Source: Candidatus Latescibacterota bacterium (GTDB lineage Bacteria > Krumholzibacteriota > Krumholzibacteriia > WVZY01). From it: 64,000 nucleotides of DNA. The position numbers were made by a program, and so were the translations under genes. Shown piece by piece: positions 1 through 9,941 of this stretch (positions within the stretch are counted from its first letter, which is position 1; each line of letters begins with the position of its first letter). The stretch covers positions 160,001 to 224,000 of the forward strand of contig CAWBQK010000009.1 in NCBI GenBank assembly GCA_963791045.1, written 5' to 3'. Below the pieces are notes generated by a model that worked only from the letters and a program-made list of their open reading frames with translations, had not been told where the DNA came from and did no database searches.

Positions 1-384
1 CGCGGTCGCGCCACTCATCGGACTTTTGGCACTGTGTGGGGCATCATGCGCGCATTCTCCGATATGGCGCAAACAGGTTCGGCGGCTCCATCGGTGGTCG
101 CCGCGGGTGTCGCGGAGGCGCTCGTCACTACCGCGGCTGGGCTCGTCGTTGCCGTTCCCGCACTTATTCTCTACAACCACCTGTCGCGGAGGATGAACGT
201 GATGCTCACCGTGGCGGAAAATCACAGCCGTACGCTCCGCACCGTGATCCTCGAAGAGATCGAGCGGCGCGAGAAAGCGGCAAAAGAAACGGTCGCCCTC
301 GAGAAAGCACGGATCTCCCGCGACGAAGCACGCTCCCAGGCTGCTGCCGAAACACCCCAACCCGAGCCGTCGCTCACGAGGTAA
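1..384 (+). CDS. exbB: MotA/TolQ/ExbB proton channel family protein (5' truncated; frameshift near 25)
   Basis: AVAPLIGL/FGTVWGIMRAF...GVAEALVTTAAGLVVAVPA, the conserved ExbB/TolQ transmembrane motifs. Confidence 0.9.
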   Translation, partial: RGRATHRTFGTVWGIMRAFSDMAQTGSAAPSVVAAGVAEALVTTAAGLVVAVPALILYNHLSRRMNVMLTVAENHSRTLRTVILEEIERREKAAKETVALEKARISRDEARSQAAAETPQPEPSLTR

Positions 385-389
385 CGCGG

Positions 390-802
390 ATGGGCGCCCG
401 AAAGAGAAAAGAAGAAGACAACGGCGGAATGTTCGAGGTCAATCTGACCCCGCTTATCGATGTGTCGCTCGTGCTCGTCGTAATGCTGCTCCTCGCGACG
501 CCGCTCGCGTTCGAGTCGAGCATCATGGTGAGGAAGTCCGAGAAAACCGCGGCGAAGGCGGAAAAGAAAAACGACGTCAACCGGATTGAGCTGCGCGTCA
601 TCTCGGCCGACGAGGTGCGGGTCAACCGGGAAGTCGTCGCGCGGGAAAACCTCGTCGACACCCTCAAGCCGCTTATAAGGTCGATATCGAACCCGTGGTC
701 GTGATCGCCTGCGACACCGGAGTATCGCACGGCACGTTCGTCGATGTTCTCGACCGCGCAAAGATGGCAGGAGCGAAGGAAATTGCCGTCACCGGGAAAT
801 AA
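390..802 (+). CDS. exbD: ExbD/TolR family protein (frameshift near 690)
   Basis: EVNLTPLIDVSLVL motif; C-terminus VIACDTGVSHGTFVDVLDRAKMAGAKEIAV continues in another frame to TAA at 800-802. Confidence 0.85.
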
Positions 803-817
803 CCCGATGGAGAAAAC

Positions 818-1243
818 ATGAAGCCACTGATTACCGAAAAGTTGCCGACGATCGCGCGGATCAACGTGACGCCGATCATCGATGTGGCGCTCGTCCTCGT
901 CATTATCCTGCTCGTCACCGCGCCGATGATCGCTGCGAGCAAGATGGAGATCGATCTTCCCGAGGCGAGGACGCGGAGCATTGAGGATGAGGTACGTGTG
1001 AGTGTGACTATCGACTCCGATGGCCGCGTCGCCGTCGACGAAGACGAGATCGAGCGTCGCTCGCTCGCTCGTGTGCTCCGGCAGCGGATCGACGACGTCA
1101 AAAGTGACAACCTGCTCGTGGTCGTCCGCGCCGACGCGGGAACATCTTATGAAGCCGTCCACGAGATCCTCGGAGAGGTCCGATTGGTGGGCGCCAAAAG
1201 AATCGCCATCGCGACACGTCAACGCGGGAAGGTCGACTTATGA
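818..1243 (+). CDS. exbD: Second ExbD/TolR family protein
   Basis: INVTPIIDVALVLVIILLVTAP and VVRADAGTSYEAV motifs. Confidence 0.9.
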   Translation: MKPLITEKLPTIARINVTPIIDVALVLVIILLVTAPMIAASKMEIDLPEARTRSIEDEVRVSVTIDSDGRVAVDEDEIERRSLARVLRQRIDDVKSDNLLVVVRADAGTSYEAVHEILGEVRLVGAKRIAIATRQRGKVDL

Positions 1244-2187
1244 TGGGACCGAGCTTCGAACTCACGCGCGAACTTTCCGACGCCAGCCGCCGGACGCGCC
1301 GGAGCACGGCGCTGAGCGTTGGTGTGCATCTGCTCGCGTTCCTGTTCTTTCTTTTCGTCCACCAGGTCGCGCCGGAAGAGGAGGGGCTCACCGAAATCAC
1401 CTTTCTCGAACCCGTCGTGGAGCCGCTTCCCGCTGCGATCCCCGTAGCCGTCGCGAAGAGTAACCCGGCGCCTACGACAAAGATCGAAAGACAATCGCGG
1501 GACAAACGCGAACGAAAGTTCGAGCGCGATGTGCCGGTGGCCGATATTGCTCCTGAGCCGCAGGAGCTCAAACGCGCCGACGACAAACTGAGCGAGCGAC
1601 TCGCTTCGATCCAGGTGAAAGCAACCGAGAAAACCGTCGACATCGCGGCGCTCTCGACACCGTCCCCTGTTGGGCGGCCAAAGCTCGCCGGCACGTCGGA
1701 TACTTTCCAGCCGCCCGAGCGCGCGGAGCTCTCTCGCACCGATCCGGTGAAGACCAAACCCGTGGCGCTCTCGAGGAACCCGCGACGGATCCAGAAGGCC
1801 AATATCGCCACGACGCCGTTCAACAACACACCGATCGAACGCGCGCGCCCCAGGAAAACGGACAGTGACGCGCGTCGCGTTCTGGCAGGCGCACAACTTG
1901 TCGGTCCGGTTGCCGACCGTTCCGTCCTGTCGTACGACGTCCCCGACTATCCCGAGTGGGCCAAGACGGAGGCCGTCGAGGGATCTGTCACCATCTACTT
2001 CGTCGTTCTCCCCGACGGACGGGTCAAAGAAAATGTCATGGTCGAGAAAACAGCGGGGTTCGCCGATTTTGATGACAACGCATTGGAAGCAATCCTCGCC
2101 TGGCGCTTCGAGTCCTTAAAAGGAGGCGCGACGGGCGAACAGTGGGGCACGATTACATTTCACTATCGTTTGAGCGACACTAACTGA
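1240..2187 (+). CDS. tonB: TonB family energy transducer
   Basis: N-terminal TM with SVGVH, Pro/Glu-rich linker, C-terminal PDYPEWAKTEAVEGSVTIYFVVLPDGRV domain. Confidence 0.85.
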   Translation: MMGPSFELTRELSDASRRTRRSTALSVGVHLLAFLFFLFVHQVAPEEEGLTEITFLEPVVEPLPAAIPVAVAKSNPAPTTKIERQSRDKRERKFERDVPVADIAPEPQELKRADDKLSERLASIQVKATEKTVDIAALSTPSPVGRPKLAGTSDTFQPPERAELSRTDPVKTKPVALSRNPRRIQKANIATTPFNNTPIERARPRKTDSDARRVLAGAQLVGPVADRSVLSYDVPDYPEWAKTEAVEGSVTIYFVVLPDGRVKENVMVEKTAGFADFDDNALEAILAWRFESLKGGATGEQWGTITFHYRLSDTN

Positions 2188-2216
2188 CGGATCCGATTTG
2201 GATTGGAGAAATCATT

Positions 2217-3185
2217 ATGAAGACCTTTTGCCGACGTAGATCGATTGAACTCGCCGCCTTCTTGTTCGTTATCCCGGGGCTCCTGTTTGCGACTGACGCG
2301 AATGCCGCGGATGAGAACACTTCGAAGGCGCCCGCCGACACAACGATGAAGCTCGAAGGCGGAGAGGAAGGGACCATCTTCAAAAGCCTACGGATCGAAG
2401 GCGAGGACCGCGTGCGGATAGAGTTCGACCGGCCCGCGCTCGATTTGTCGCTCGACCCGCGAACGGCGCCGGGCCTCGATTTTGAAATGGTGCTCGCCGC
2501 ACTCGACCGCGCCGGCCACGATCTCGTCACACCGTACATGGACGGTTCGGCGCTCAACCGTGGGCCCCGCTTTACGCGGCCGTGGCTCGATCTATTCGCC
2601 ACGGGCAGCGTAGTCCGATTCCAACCGGCGATCGAGGGGGTCGAAAAATGGCGTCTCGATGTCGCCGACTCGCGGGGACAAACGGTGATGAGTTACGAGG
2701 GAAAAGGAAAACCACCAAAAGAAATCAACTGGGACGGCAGGACGAGCGACGGCACACCGGCGCCCCCGGGGCTGAGGTACTCGTACGTCCTCGAGGCATA
2801 CGACCGAGCGGGAAACAAACGAAACTTTGTCGGTGACGGGTTCGAGATTCCGCCGTATATCGTCGAGGACAAACAGGGCTTCACGATGCTTTTCTCGGGC
2901 AAGGAACTGCAGAGGACATCGTCATCTCCAGGCGCTGCGATCCCCGCACCCATTATACTCGAAGCGGCGACGCGTATTAACCAGTCCGAAGCGTTCGCCG
3001 CACCCATTCGGATCCAGGTGACCGCACGATCGTTCGATGACGCCAAAAGAACCGCAGACGCGATCGTGAATGATCTCACTCCGCTTCTCCTCGGCGATCC
3101 AATCCGGCTCCAGCCAATCACCACGGTCGAGCCCGATGCGCCCGACACGGGGACAATCATGATCGCGGTGGGGATGGAGAAATAG
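2217..3185 (+). CDS. Exported protein with FlgD-like Ig domain
   Basis: Signal peptide; WRLDVADSRG...INWDGRTSDGTPAPPG..YSYVLEAYDRAGN is an FlgD-Ig-like pattern; RBS GGAG. Confidence 0.6.
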   Translation: MKTFCRRRSIELAAFLFVIPGLLFATDANAADENTSKAPADTTMKLEGGEEGTIFKSLRIEGEDRVRIEFDRPALDLSLDPRTAPGLDFEMVLAALDRAGHDLVTPYMDGSALNRGPRFTRPWLDLFATGSVVRFQPAIEGVEKWRLDVADSRGQTVMSYEGKGKPPKEINWDGRTSDGTPAPPGLRYSYVLEAYDRAGNKRNFVGDGFEIPPYIVEDKQGFTMLFSGKELQRTSSSPGAAIPAPIILEAATRINQSEAFAAPIRIQVTARSFDDAKRTADAIVNDLTPLLLGDPIRLQPITTVEPDAPDTGTIMIAVGMEK

Positions 3186-3224
3186 AATGAGCGGATGGTC
3201 CGCGTGAATAGCGAGAAAAAGAAA

Positions 3225-4811
3225 CTAGGATTCCTGAGTTGATTCGGTTTTGCCCCACCACCGGTGGGTCTTGTACGCGGCAAATAGAATAAGGAGCGCC
3301 CACACAATAAAGAGGAGATCGAAGAACAGAGAAGGATCGGATTGAAGCGTGGGCGGCACGGCGGACGGGCGCCGGAATACTTCGAGGTCTGTGGGTGATA
3401 CACGGATCATTACCCAGAACGCCTGCGGCACGCGAGAGAGCGATCCCCACAACCCACTTCCCCACAGCGCGCCCCAACCAGGATCGGTCTCACCGGTGAT
3501 TCCACCCGTCGAGATTCGAAGCCACTGGATGAGATTGAGCGCGGTGACGATATAGACTGACCCCTGTGCGATCCATCCCAACCGGCAGAACGCAAGCAGC
3601 CCGAGAACGACAAACGGCACCAGATCGACAAACCGGCGCATCCCGAATGACCAACCCGCCCACCAGTCGTTGGGGAGCGAATTCATAATCCACTGGAGAA
3701 CAAAAACACCGAGGATCGCGATGACAAGCCTACGTGTTTCCGGCTTGCGAAGCCACATCACCCATCCGGCCAGAGCGAGTACGAATAGCGGCGACCAGGT
3801 GAACAACCCATGGCGCGTTGAGAAGAGGACGTCCTTCAAGCGATCCATTCCGAGATGCAAGAACCCTTCGCCCTGCGGGAGATGCCACGGGGCGCCGTAG
3901 ATGATCGTCCACACAACAATCTGCGGGAGAAAGACAACAAACGCGCTCGCCGTGTATACGCCGACGAGCGACAACTGTTCTTTGGTCACATCACGAACCC
4001 CACCGCGCCAACCGAGGATCAACGGGAATACCCAGAAGACGACACCCTGCGTGCGGACAAGCGCCATCAATCCTACAACCGCGCCGAGGATCATCGCCCG
4101 CCGCGTCGTCCAATCGCCGCGCCAGCGGACACCAAGATAGAGCAGAACCGATGTGACAAAAACCGAGCACGCGTGCGAGAAGCTCGGCATTTGCAAAACA
4201 TAATAAATGAGCGGCGTGCCGAGATAGGCGCCGAGCATGGCGGCACTCCGCGCGCCGGGGGATGATTTCGAAAAGAATTCTTTGATGGTTCGGATGACGA
4301 GCGCGATGGACACGAGGAGATAGGTCCACGTCCCGAAGTGAGCCGCCCACAATGTCGATGACCCAAAGCCATCGGTGGCGATACCGGCGCCAAAGAGCGC
4401 GCCGAGCTTGGCGACAAGGGCGATCACGATGGCAAACGGGAGCCAGAGAAACGCCGACCCGAGGCCAAAGGGGTTCCCCCGTTTCCCGGTATCGGTGCGC
4501 GCGGCGAGTTCGGACCCGCCAACACCATTTTCGACCATTCCGAAGCGCTGATAATCATTGTCGAAGTCCACATCCCCATCCCACAAAATCGAATGCAGAT
4601 AAACAAGATACGATGAACTGTCGGGGACGAGGTAGTGAGGCTGCACGACTAGATAAAGAGCGACGAGGATGATCGCGACGATGGCCAGGTGGCGGAGGAC
4701 GGGGGGAGTGGCGGCACGTTCGCGCGACGCGGGGCGACCGGTTTTCTGAGAATCTGATGGGCGGCCGCGGCGTTTTGCCACTTTTTTCTCCCCGGGACGG
4801 CGGCTCGTCAA
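3225..4811 (-). CDS. Polytopic membrane protein, probable GT-C fold glycosyltransferase
   Basis: Many TM helices; DSSSYLVYLHSILWDGDVDF and WWAGWSFGMRRFVD motifs typical of PMT/ArnT-like proteins. Confidence 0.6.
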   Translation of the reverse strand: MTSRRPGEKKVAKRRGRPSDSQKTGRPASRERAATPPVLRHLAIVAIILVALYLVVQPHYLVPDSSSYLVYLHSILWDGDVDFDNDYQRFGMVENGVGGSELAARTDTGKRGNPFGLGSAFLWLPFAIVIALVAKLGALFGAGIATDGFGSSTLWAAHFGTWTYLLVSIALVIRTIKEFFSKSSPGARSAAMLGAYLGTPLIYYVLQMPSFSHACSVFVTSVLLYLGVRWRGDWTTRRAMILGAVVGLMALVRTQGVVFWVFPLILGWRGGVRDVTKEQLSLVGVYTASAFVVFLPQIVVWTIIYGAPWHLPQGEGFLHLGMDRLKDVLFSTRHGLFTWSPLFVLALAGWVMWLRKPETRRLVIAILGVFVLQWIMNSLPNDWWAGWSFGMRRFVDLVPFVVLGLLAFCRLGWIAQGSVYIVTALNLIQWLRISTGGITGETDPGWGALWGSGLWGSLSRVPQAFWVMIRVSPTDLEVFRRPSAVPPTLQSDPSLFFDLLFIVWALLILFAAYKTHRWWGKTESTQES

Positions 4812-5053
4812 GAGCGCGTAAGGCGCCGGCGAGCCCGGATCAGAATTGTATCGTGTGATTTAAAAAGCAGTTATATAGATCATTCTACGCCCCGGCGGCC
4901 TCTGCCGCAAGTAAAGATTTTATATAACTAATACTTGAGAAATATATTATCTATACAACCTTTCGCCACCTTCGCCCGTCTAATTTTTAAGACCACGCCA
5001 ATGCTGCTCGCGCAATTAAAAATCTAAATCCCCCCACCGGAAAGGAGACCGCC

Positions 5054-7723
5054 ATGTCTGGGCGTCGGCGGACAGCCATTCCATCCATCCCATTCATCGT
5101 TCTCGCGATCATGGGAATTCTTACCCTCCTGGTTTCATCAGCGACAGCGGACGAATCAAAACCATCAGACGAAATTAAAGAAGTCAGACAAATTCGCGCG
5201 CTCAAAATCAACCCGCACGCGCCGAAGATCGACGGCAATCTCGATGACATCATTTGGCACAAGGCAGAGTTCTTTTCGGGGTTCACCCAGAAGGATCCCA
5301 AAGAGGGCGAGCCGGCGGCCAACCAGACCGAAGTCGCCGTTATCTATGACGAAAACGCCGTCTATTTCGCCGCGCGGATGCTTTCTCAAAAACCCGACGA
5401 CATCATGGCGACGGTGAGCCGCCGTGACAAGACGGGCAACTCGGAACGCGTCATCATATCGCTCGATACATATCATGACAAACGAACCGCATATTCCTTT
5501 GCCGTCACCGCGGCGGGCACGCGCATCGACTACTATCACCGCTCCGACAGCGAAGGCGACCGCGATTACGATTTTAATCCTGTGTGGGAAGCGGCATCGA
5601 TACGGACGGCGGACGGGTGGAACGCCGAAATGCGGATTCCTTTTACACAAATCCGTTTCAAAAACCAGGATGTCCAGACCTGGGGAATCAATATCAACCG
5701 CTTCGTCCCCACCGAGAGTGAGGACTCGTACTGGATCATGATTCCCAAGGAAGAGACGGGCTGGTCGTCGAAAATGGGTGAGCTGGTCGGGATCCAGGGG
5801 ATCGCGCCGTCCCGTCGCGTAGAGCTTCTTCCCTATTTCGCGAGCGACGCGAAGTCGTCAAATCAGGCCGACGCCGAAAACCCGTTTGCGCAAAAAAACG
5901 AGTTCGACACGCGCGTGGGCGGAAACGTCAAGATGGGTGTCGGCCCCAACCTCACTCTCGAGGGGACAATAAACCCCGACTTTGGCCAGGTCGAAGCAGA
6001 TCCGGCGGTCGTCAACCTCTCCGCCTTCGAGACGTTCTTCCCCGAACGGCGACCCTTCTTTACCGAGGGAAGCCAACTCCTTAAGGGCATTGGCCCGAGT
6101 TATTTCTATTCGAGACGGATCGGCGCGGCGCCGCACCACAGTCCCGACGCCGACTATGTGGATTCTCCGGATAACACGTCTATCATCGGCGCGGCGAAAC
6201 TTACCGGGCGGCTCAACTCGGGGCTGTCAATTGGCGTGCTCGGCGCGGTCACAGACCGGGAAAAAGCGCAGACCTTCAACACGTCGACTGGTGTCGAGGG
6301 CGTTGAAGAGGTCGAGCCGAGAAGCGGTTACGGCGTCGTCAGGCTCCAACAGGAAGTCGGCAAAAACGCGTCGACCATCGGCGTGATCTTGACAGGCGTC
6401 GAACGCAATATGTCCCCGGCGAGCGAACTCACCGAGCTTCTCTCGCGTCGAGCCGTGAGCGGCGGCGCCGACTGGAACCTCCGGTTTGCCGAAGGTAAAT
6501 ACGAACTGATGGGGTACGTCGGCGGGAGTCATGTCGAGGGCACCACCGAGGCAATCTCCGAAGTCCAGCAGTCGAGCGCGCATTATCTCCAGCGTCCCGA
6601 CGCCGATCATGTCCGTTTCGATCCGACACGGACATCGCTCAACGGTTGGGTTGGGAAACTCCGGTTCGACAAACGAGCCGGCAAACACTGGCGCGGAGGG
6701 ATGGGCGTAGATGCCGAGTCCCCAATGTTCGAAATAAACGATATCGGACAGATCAGCACGGCGGACGACATAAACAACTTCGCTTGGTTCTTGTACCGGC
6801 ACGACGACCCCGGCCGGCTCTATCAGAACTGGCGGATATTTGGCTCGGTGGGAAGCGGCTTCAACTTTGGCGGCGACCGTCAGTATGCGTACCTAGACCT
6901 CGAGGGCGTGTACACATTCAAGAACTTCATGGGGACATTCCTGGGCGTGGAGCTCTACCCCGCTTCGCAAAGCGACAACCTCACCCGCGGCGGCCCGTCG
7001 ATGGGAACCGGCAATGCCGGTAATATATGGCTCAGTCTCTGGAGCAACGGCAAAAACAAAACGACGTGGGACACATGGACGGGCTTGTGGGCGAATGAAC
7101 TCGGGCAGCGGGGATACCAGGTCGGGGCGCAAATGACCTTTCGGCCTGGCACACGCTGGGAACTGAGTGTCAACCCGCGTTGGGTTAACAAAACCGAACC
7201 CCGGCAGTATGTGACCGAAGAGGAGGGTGGAAGCGCCGCGACCTACGACATGCGTTACGTGTTCGCCTCGGTCGAAAGAAGCGAACTCTCCGCCCAGCTT
7301 CGGTTGAACTATGCGTTCACCCCAAATTTCACGCTTGAGTTTTATGCGGAACCATTTGCGTCGAGCGGAAAATACTCGAAGTTTGGCGAACTCGAAGCGG
7401 CGCGGAGTAAGTATCTGCGCGAATACGGAAGCGACGGCACATCGATCGAGAAGACCGGCGACGGAATCTACACGGTGACCGACGGCGATCAGACTTTCGA
7501 GCTCGAACAGAGCGATTTCAATTATGTATCTTTCCGTTCGAACATGGTCCTCCGTTGGGAGTGGAACCCGGGAAGCACACTCTTTGTCGTGTGGCAGCAG
7601 AATCGTTCGGATGATACGAGCGACGGCTCCCAGGTGGGGTTCAACAATCTCAGGGATTCGCTGTCCGCTCCGGGGGACAACTTCTTCGCGATCAAAGTGA
7701 CCTACTGGATCCCATTCTTGTAA
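5054..7723 (+). CDS. CBM9-like / DUF5916 outer-membrane protein
   Basis: Signal peptide; PKIDGNLDD..W, WNAEMRIPF, TINPDFGQVEAD, FETFFPERRPFFTEG, FYSRRIG motifs; C-terminal FAIKVTYW. Confidence 0.85.
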   Translation: MSGRRRTAIPSIPFIVLAIMGILTLLVSSATADESKPSDEIKEVRQIRALKINPHAPKIDGNLDDIIWHKAEFFSGFTQKDPKEGEPAANQTEVAVIYDENAVYFAARMLSQKPDDIMATVSRRDKTGNSERVIISLDTYHDKRTAYSFAVTAAGTRIDYYHRSDSEGDRDYDFNPVWEAASIRTADGWNAEMRIPFTQIRFKNQDVQTWGININRFVPTESEDSYWIMIPKEETGWSSKMGELVGIQGIAPSRRVELLPYFASDAKSSNQADAENPFAQKNEFDTRVGGNVKMGVGPNLTLEGTINPDFGQVEADPAVVNLSAFETFFPERRPFFTEGSQLLKGIGPSYFYSRRIGAAPHHSPDADYVDSPDNTSIIGAAKLTGRLNSGLSIGVLGAVTDREKAQTFNTSTGVEGVEEVEPRSGYGVVRLQQEVGKNASTIGVILTGVERNMSPASELTELLSRRAVSGGADWNLRFAEGKYELMGYVGGSHVEGTTEAISEVQQSSAHYLQRPDADHVRFDPTRTSLNGWVGKLRFDKRAGKHWRGGMGVDAESPMFEINDIGQISTADDINNFAWFLYRHDDPGRLYQNWRIFGSVGSGFNFGGDRQYAYLDLEGVYTFKNFMGTFLGVELYPASQSDNLTRGGPSMGTGNAGNIWLSLWSNGKNKTTWDTWTGLWANELGQRGYQVGAQMTFRPGTRWELSVNPRWVNKTEPRQYVTEEEGGSAATYDMRYVFASVERSELSAQLRLNYAFTPNFTLEFYAEPFASSGKYSKFGELEAARSKYLREYGSDGTSIEKTGDGIYTVTDGDQTFELEQSDFNYVSFRSNMVLRWEWNPGSTLFVVWQQNRSDDTSDGSQVGFNNLRDSLSAPGDNFFAIKVTYWIPFL

Positions 7724-7742
7724 GCAAACCCCACCTCGGGAC

Positions 7743-7781
7743 GAGGGTTCGCCGGCAGTTCCGACCGGCGGACCCTCTTTT
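7743..7781 (+). terminator. Rho-independent terminator
   Basis: Stem GAGGGTTCGCCGG/CCGGCGGACCCTC followed by TTTT, just after the DUF5916 gene. Confidence 0.75.
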
Positions 7782-7822
7782 ATTATAAAGATTAATGAAA
7801 TCTCATCCTGGCGGATATCGAG

Positions 7823-9934
7823 TTAGCGAGGGGTGGCGTCGGGGAGGCCGCCGTCTACGGGGATCGTCGCCCCGGTGGTCGGCGTCTGGTGGGTCACAAA
7901 AAAGAGGATCGCGTTGGATACATGTTCGGCGGTGACCCTCATCTTCAAGAGATTCCGGTTCTTGTAGTAATCTTCGAGGCCCTTCTCATCGAGGCCTCGG
8001 GCCTTCATCCGCCCGGGGCCTACCTCGTCCCACAAGCCGGAGCGCTGCTCGCCGTGCGAGAACACCGCATCGGGAGAAACCATGTTGACGCGGACGCCCA
8101 ACGGGGCAAGTTCCTGACTGGCGATCCGCGCGAGCTGGTGCGCCGCCGCCTTGGTCGCGCTGTACGCGCCGAATGTCGCGCCCGGCGCGAACACATTCTT
8201 CGTCGACACCAGGATAATGTCGCCGCCGGTTCCCTGCTTTTCGAAGTGCCGGCCCGCCTCGGCGAACACATGCAGCGTCCCTTCAATATTGATCGCTTCG
8301 AGCTTGCGAAACGTCTCCGGGTCGAGATCGTTCAACGCCGCCACGTGCGCGGCGCCCGCATTCGCAATCACAATATCGATGCCGCCCCACCCCTGGATTA
8401 TACGATTGAATCCTTCTCTGACCGACTCGGGCTTTGTCACATCGATGGGAACGGCGAACACACGCTCGCCGTAGCGCTTCTTGAACACTGCGGTGAGAGC
8501 GACCAGACGTTCCGCGTCGATGTCGGAAACGGCGACATGACATCCCGCATCCAGCAAACCCTCGCAGACTCCTGCGCCGATCGCGCCCGCGGCGCCCGTA
8601 ACAACAGCGACGGAGCGGCCGAGCGCCGGGGCGGCGCCGCGTGCGAGCTTCGCATGCTGGAGTGAAAGATACTCCATGTCGAAAAGATGTTCTTCGGTCA
8701 GCCCTTCGTACTCGCACCCCGCGGCGGCAAGACGCAGTTTGACGTCGATCGTTTGCACGACGATGTCGCGGACAATCCCCGCCTCGTTGACATTCTTGCC
8801 CGCACACACCACGCCCACACCGGGGATCATAATGACGCGCGGCATCGCGTCGAACCGATCGACGCCGGGCGAGAGCCGCGAAGCGTGGCGTTCGAAGTAC
8901 GCGTCGTACTCGTTCGCGTATTCGTCAATTGCCGAAGCGATTTGCTTTCTTATCGCGTCGCCGTCGTCGAACGCGACGTTGTCGACCCAGAGAACAAACG
9001 GTTTCGTTCTGATAAGATGATCGGCGGTCAGTGGCGGCGTCAGCGCAAGGGCCTTGCCGCGGTCGGAATCGACAAGGGCAAGCGCTTCATCGGTAATCAA
9101 CGGTCGAAGTATCATACGATCGTACGGTTCGTCGGGATCATCGGTCTTGACGGCAAGGAGTCCGCGAAGAACCGGCGCGAGTGCGACAAACCGCTCACGG
9201 GCAACAAACGGATCGGTTTTTGAAGCGGGCAGGCGCGCGTCGCTCTTCTTCCCCGCCATATATTCCTCGGCTCGGGTGACGAGATCGATGGTCTTTTCGT
9301 ACGACTCGCGCGCGTCGTCACCCCAGGTGAGAAGACCGTGTTTGGCGAGAACCATCCCGACGGCGTCCGGCGCCTTGTCGTACGCGTCAGCCGCCGCTTT
9401 GGCCAGTTCGAAACCCGGTTTGACATAGTCGATGACGATGACATCGTCGCCGAGCGCCTCGCGCACAACCGCCATGCCATCCGGCTGGTTGGTCAGTGCG
9501 AGAATCGCGTCGGCGTGTGTGTGGTCGATAAACTTGGCCGGTATGAAAGCATGAAGAAGCGCCTCGATGGACGGGGTCGCGGCGGCGGAGTCGAACAAAC
9601 TCGTCCGCAGCGCATTCACCATCGCAAGGTCTGTGAGCGTGTCGAGAGAACGGAGCTCGCGCAGCCCCTCGAGCACCATACCTGAGTGCCCGCCCGGAAC
9701 GATATCGGCAAGGTCATGCCCCGACGCTTTGACAAAAACGGCTGGCACATCACGGCCAAGGAGATCCGTGAACGTGCTTTTCACCGAAGTGTTGCCGCCG
9801 CCGTGGAGGACCAGCGCGCTCTCGGCACCGACGAGACGGCTCGTGTAGGTCCTCAAGGCAAGGTCGCCGCCAAATGATTTCACATAACGCGCGATAAACT
9901 CGGATGACTCCGAATCCGACCACTTGCTCTTCAT
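7823..9934 (-). CDS. Bifunctional class II aldolase / short-chain dehydrogenase (RhaEW/YuxG-like)
   Basis: LHGGGNTSVK, PSIEALLH, DHTHAD, KHGL aldolase motifs; TGAAGAIG and YSATK SDR motifs. Confidence 0.9.
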   Translation of the reverse strand: MKSKWSDSESSEFIARYVKSFGGDLALRTYTSRLVGAESALVLHGGGNTSVKSTFTDLLGRDVPAVFVKASGHDLADIVPGGHSGMVLEGLRELRSLDTLTDLAMVNALRTSLFDSAAATPSIEALLHAFIPAKFIDHTHADAILALTNQPDGMAVVREALGDDVIVIDYVKPGFELAKAAADAYDKAPDAVGMVLAKHGLLTWGDDARESYEKTIDLVTRAEEYMAGKKSDARLPASKTDPFVARERFVALAPVLRGLLAVKTDDPDEPYDRMILRPLITDEALALVDSDRGKALALTPPLTADHLIRTKPFVLWVDNVAFDDGDAIRKQIASAIDEYANEYDAYFERHASRLSPGVDRFDAMPRVIMIPGVGVVCAGKNVNEAGIVRDIVVQTIDVKLRLAAAGCEYEGLTEEHLFDMEYLSLQHAKLARGAAPALGRSVAVVTGAAGAIGAGVCEGLLDAGCHVAVSDIDAERLVALTAVFKKRYGERVFAVPIDVTKPESVREGFNRIIQGWGGIDIVIANAGAAHVAALNDLDPETFRKLEAINIEGTLHVFAEAGRHFEKQGTGGDIILVSTKNVFAPGATFGAYSATKAAAHQLARIASQELAPLGVRVNMVSPDAVFSHGEQRSGLWDEVGPGRMKARGLDEKGLEDYYKNRNLLKMRVTAEHVSNAILFFVTHQTPTTGATIPVDGGLPDATPR

Positions 9935-9941
9935 CGTTGTT

